From IMG/VR virus record IMGVR_UViG_3300032305_001759, positions 1-24,083 of that record: 24,083 bases of DNA; one strand, 5' to 3'. Under the pieces are notes generated by a model that ran no database searches, had not been told where the DNA came from, and saw only the letters and a program-made list of their open reading frames with translations. The position numbers and the translations under genes are program-made. Below, piece by piece: positions 23,449-24,083 of the stretch (its first letter is position 1; every line of letters starts with the position of its first letter). Origin of the DNA: a virus. Lineage: Duplodnaviria > Caudoviricetes.

Positions 23449-23470
23449 TGTCAGACCCTTGTGATAAGAT
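23449..23470 (+). promoter_or_regulatory. TGTCAG-N10-TAnnnT promoter
   Basis: TGTCAG-ACCCTTGTGA-TAAGAT. Confidence 0.8.
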
Positions 23471-23498
23471 AAAACTACCTACTAAGAAATGAGATAAA

Positions 23499-23621
23499 AT
23501 GTCAGATACAGATTTGATTAAAGATTTATTCGAGGGTGTCATAGATGACAATGCCCTTGCAAAATTGTCTAAAGAAGAATTAGATGCAATTAACAAAATG
23601 CTAACGGAAGCAGGTTACTAA
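23499..23621 (+). CDS. 40-aa acidic protein
   Basis: MSDTDLIKDLFEGVIDDNALAKLSKEELDAINKMLTEAGY after the conserved leader motif. Confidence 0.7.
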   Translation: MSDTDLIKDLFEGVIDDNALAKLSKEELDAINKMLTEAGY

Positions 23622-23622
23622 A

Positions 23623-23964
23623 ATGGGTGCAAGAATTAATTTCGTATTTGATGACGGAACAGATAGTCTAGTTAATCTTTATTCACATTGGGGCGAGTCT
23701 AATTGGAAAGATGATTTAGTACACGCATTGGTACACGCACAACCACGAAAAGGTGATACCTCATACTTTACCCGTATGGTTATCTCACACCTAATGAAAG
23801 ACCAGATGTTAGATGAAACTGGTTTTGGTATCTATGCAATTAGCCGTTCAGAGATTGGTAACCAATTATTTGACAAGACAGTTGTATTAGATTTAGTAAA
23901 CAACCTACTTACTGATTTAGATAATGATTATTCGGTTGAATTGTATGGAGAGGTGTTTGCATAA
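23623..23964 (+). CDS. Hypothetical phage protein (MGAR...LYSHWG type)
   Basis: 113 aa; LYSHWG...A.PR.GD.SY.TR...ETGFGI motif. Confidence 0.75.
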   Translation: MGARINFVFDDGTDSLVNLYSHWGESNWKDDLVHALVHAQPRKGDTSYFTRMVISHLMKDQMLDETGFGIYAISRSEIGNQLFDKTVVLDLVNNLLTDLDNDYSVELYGEVFA

Positions 23965-24083
23965 TGAAAAGTTATTTTGCAATAGACGGTAGTTATGGTG
24001 ATGCAAATGAAATTGCAATCATTGACACAGATAAGTTTACTGAAGATGATTGGCAAGCCATTGAAGAAGAATTAGATTATTAC
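23964..24083 (+). CDS. Hypothetical protein (partial, runs off window)
   Basis: TAATG-coupled MKSYFAIDGSYGDANEIAIIDTDKFTEDDWQAIEEELDY...; GGAGAGG SD. Confidence 0.65.
   Translation, partial: MKSYFAIDGSYGDANEIAIIDTDKFTEDDWQAIEEELDYY

Noticed and set aside
23500-23521. Eleventh TGTCAG promoter
   Set aside because: This TGTCAG is part of ATG-TCA-GAT at a gene start and has no TAnnnT at the 10-nt spacing.

Overview
AT-rich segment of a large tailed-phage (Caudoviricetes) genome. The host is most likely an Actinobacterium, based on AGAAAGGAG-type Shine-Dalgarno sites, actinobacterial-type SOS and DnaA boxes, and an actinobacterial-like IF2 N-terminal domain. The window has two very different halves. 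(1) 1-17.6 kb is a minus-strand late/structural block: tail-collar and tail-fibre genes, a C1q protein, an Mtd_N-type fibre, a collar protein with a 7-bladed FG-GAP propeller inserted, and a Gly/Cys-rich gene broken by one in-frame TAA. Putative TGnTATAAT promoters lie upstream of several of these genes. (2) About 18.4-24 kb is a divergently transcribed array of tiny early-type genes. Its most striking features are ten promoters of exact form TGTCA(G/C)-N10-TAnnnT (the actinobacterial RecA-NDp/PafBC DNA-damage promoter architecture) and repeated intergenic islands built on GCCCGCGCCC. These islands are packed with DnaA boxes, LexA-type SOS boxes, GACACGCC, and CRP-like and 11-bp-period sites. 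Two leftward transcripts begin with a covarying, internally twofold-repeated RNA structure that I do not recognise. Cargo includes a stand-alone IF2_N mimic, an ArfA-like basic peptide and several Zn-finger microproteins. All family calls are from motif recognition by eye; no database searches were run.
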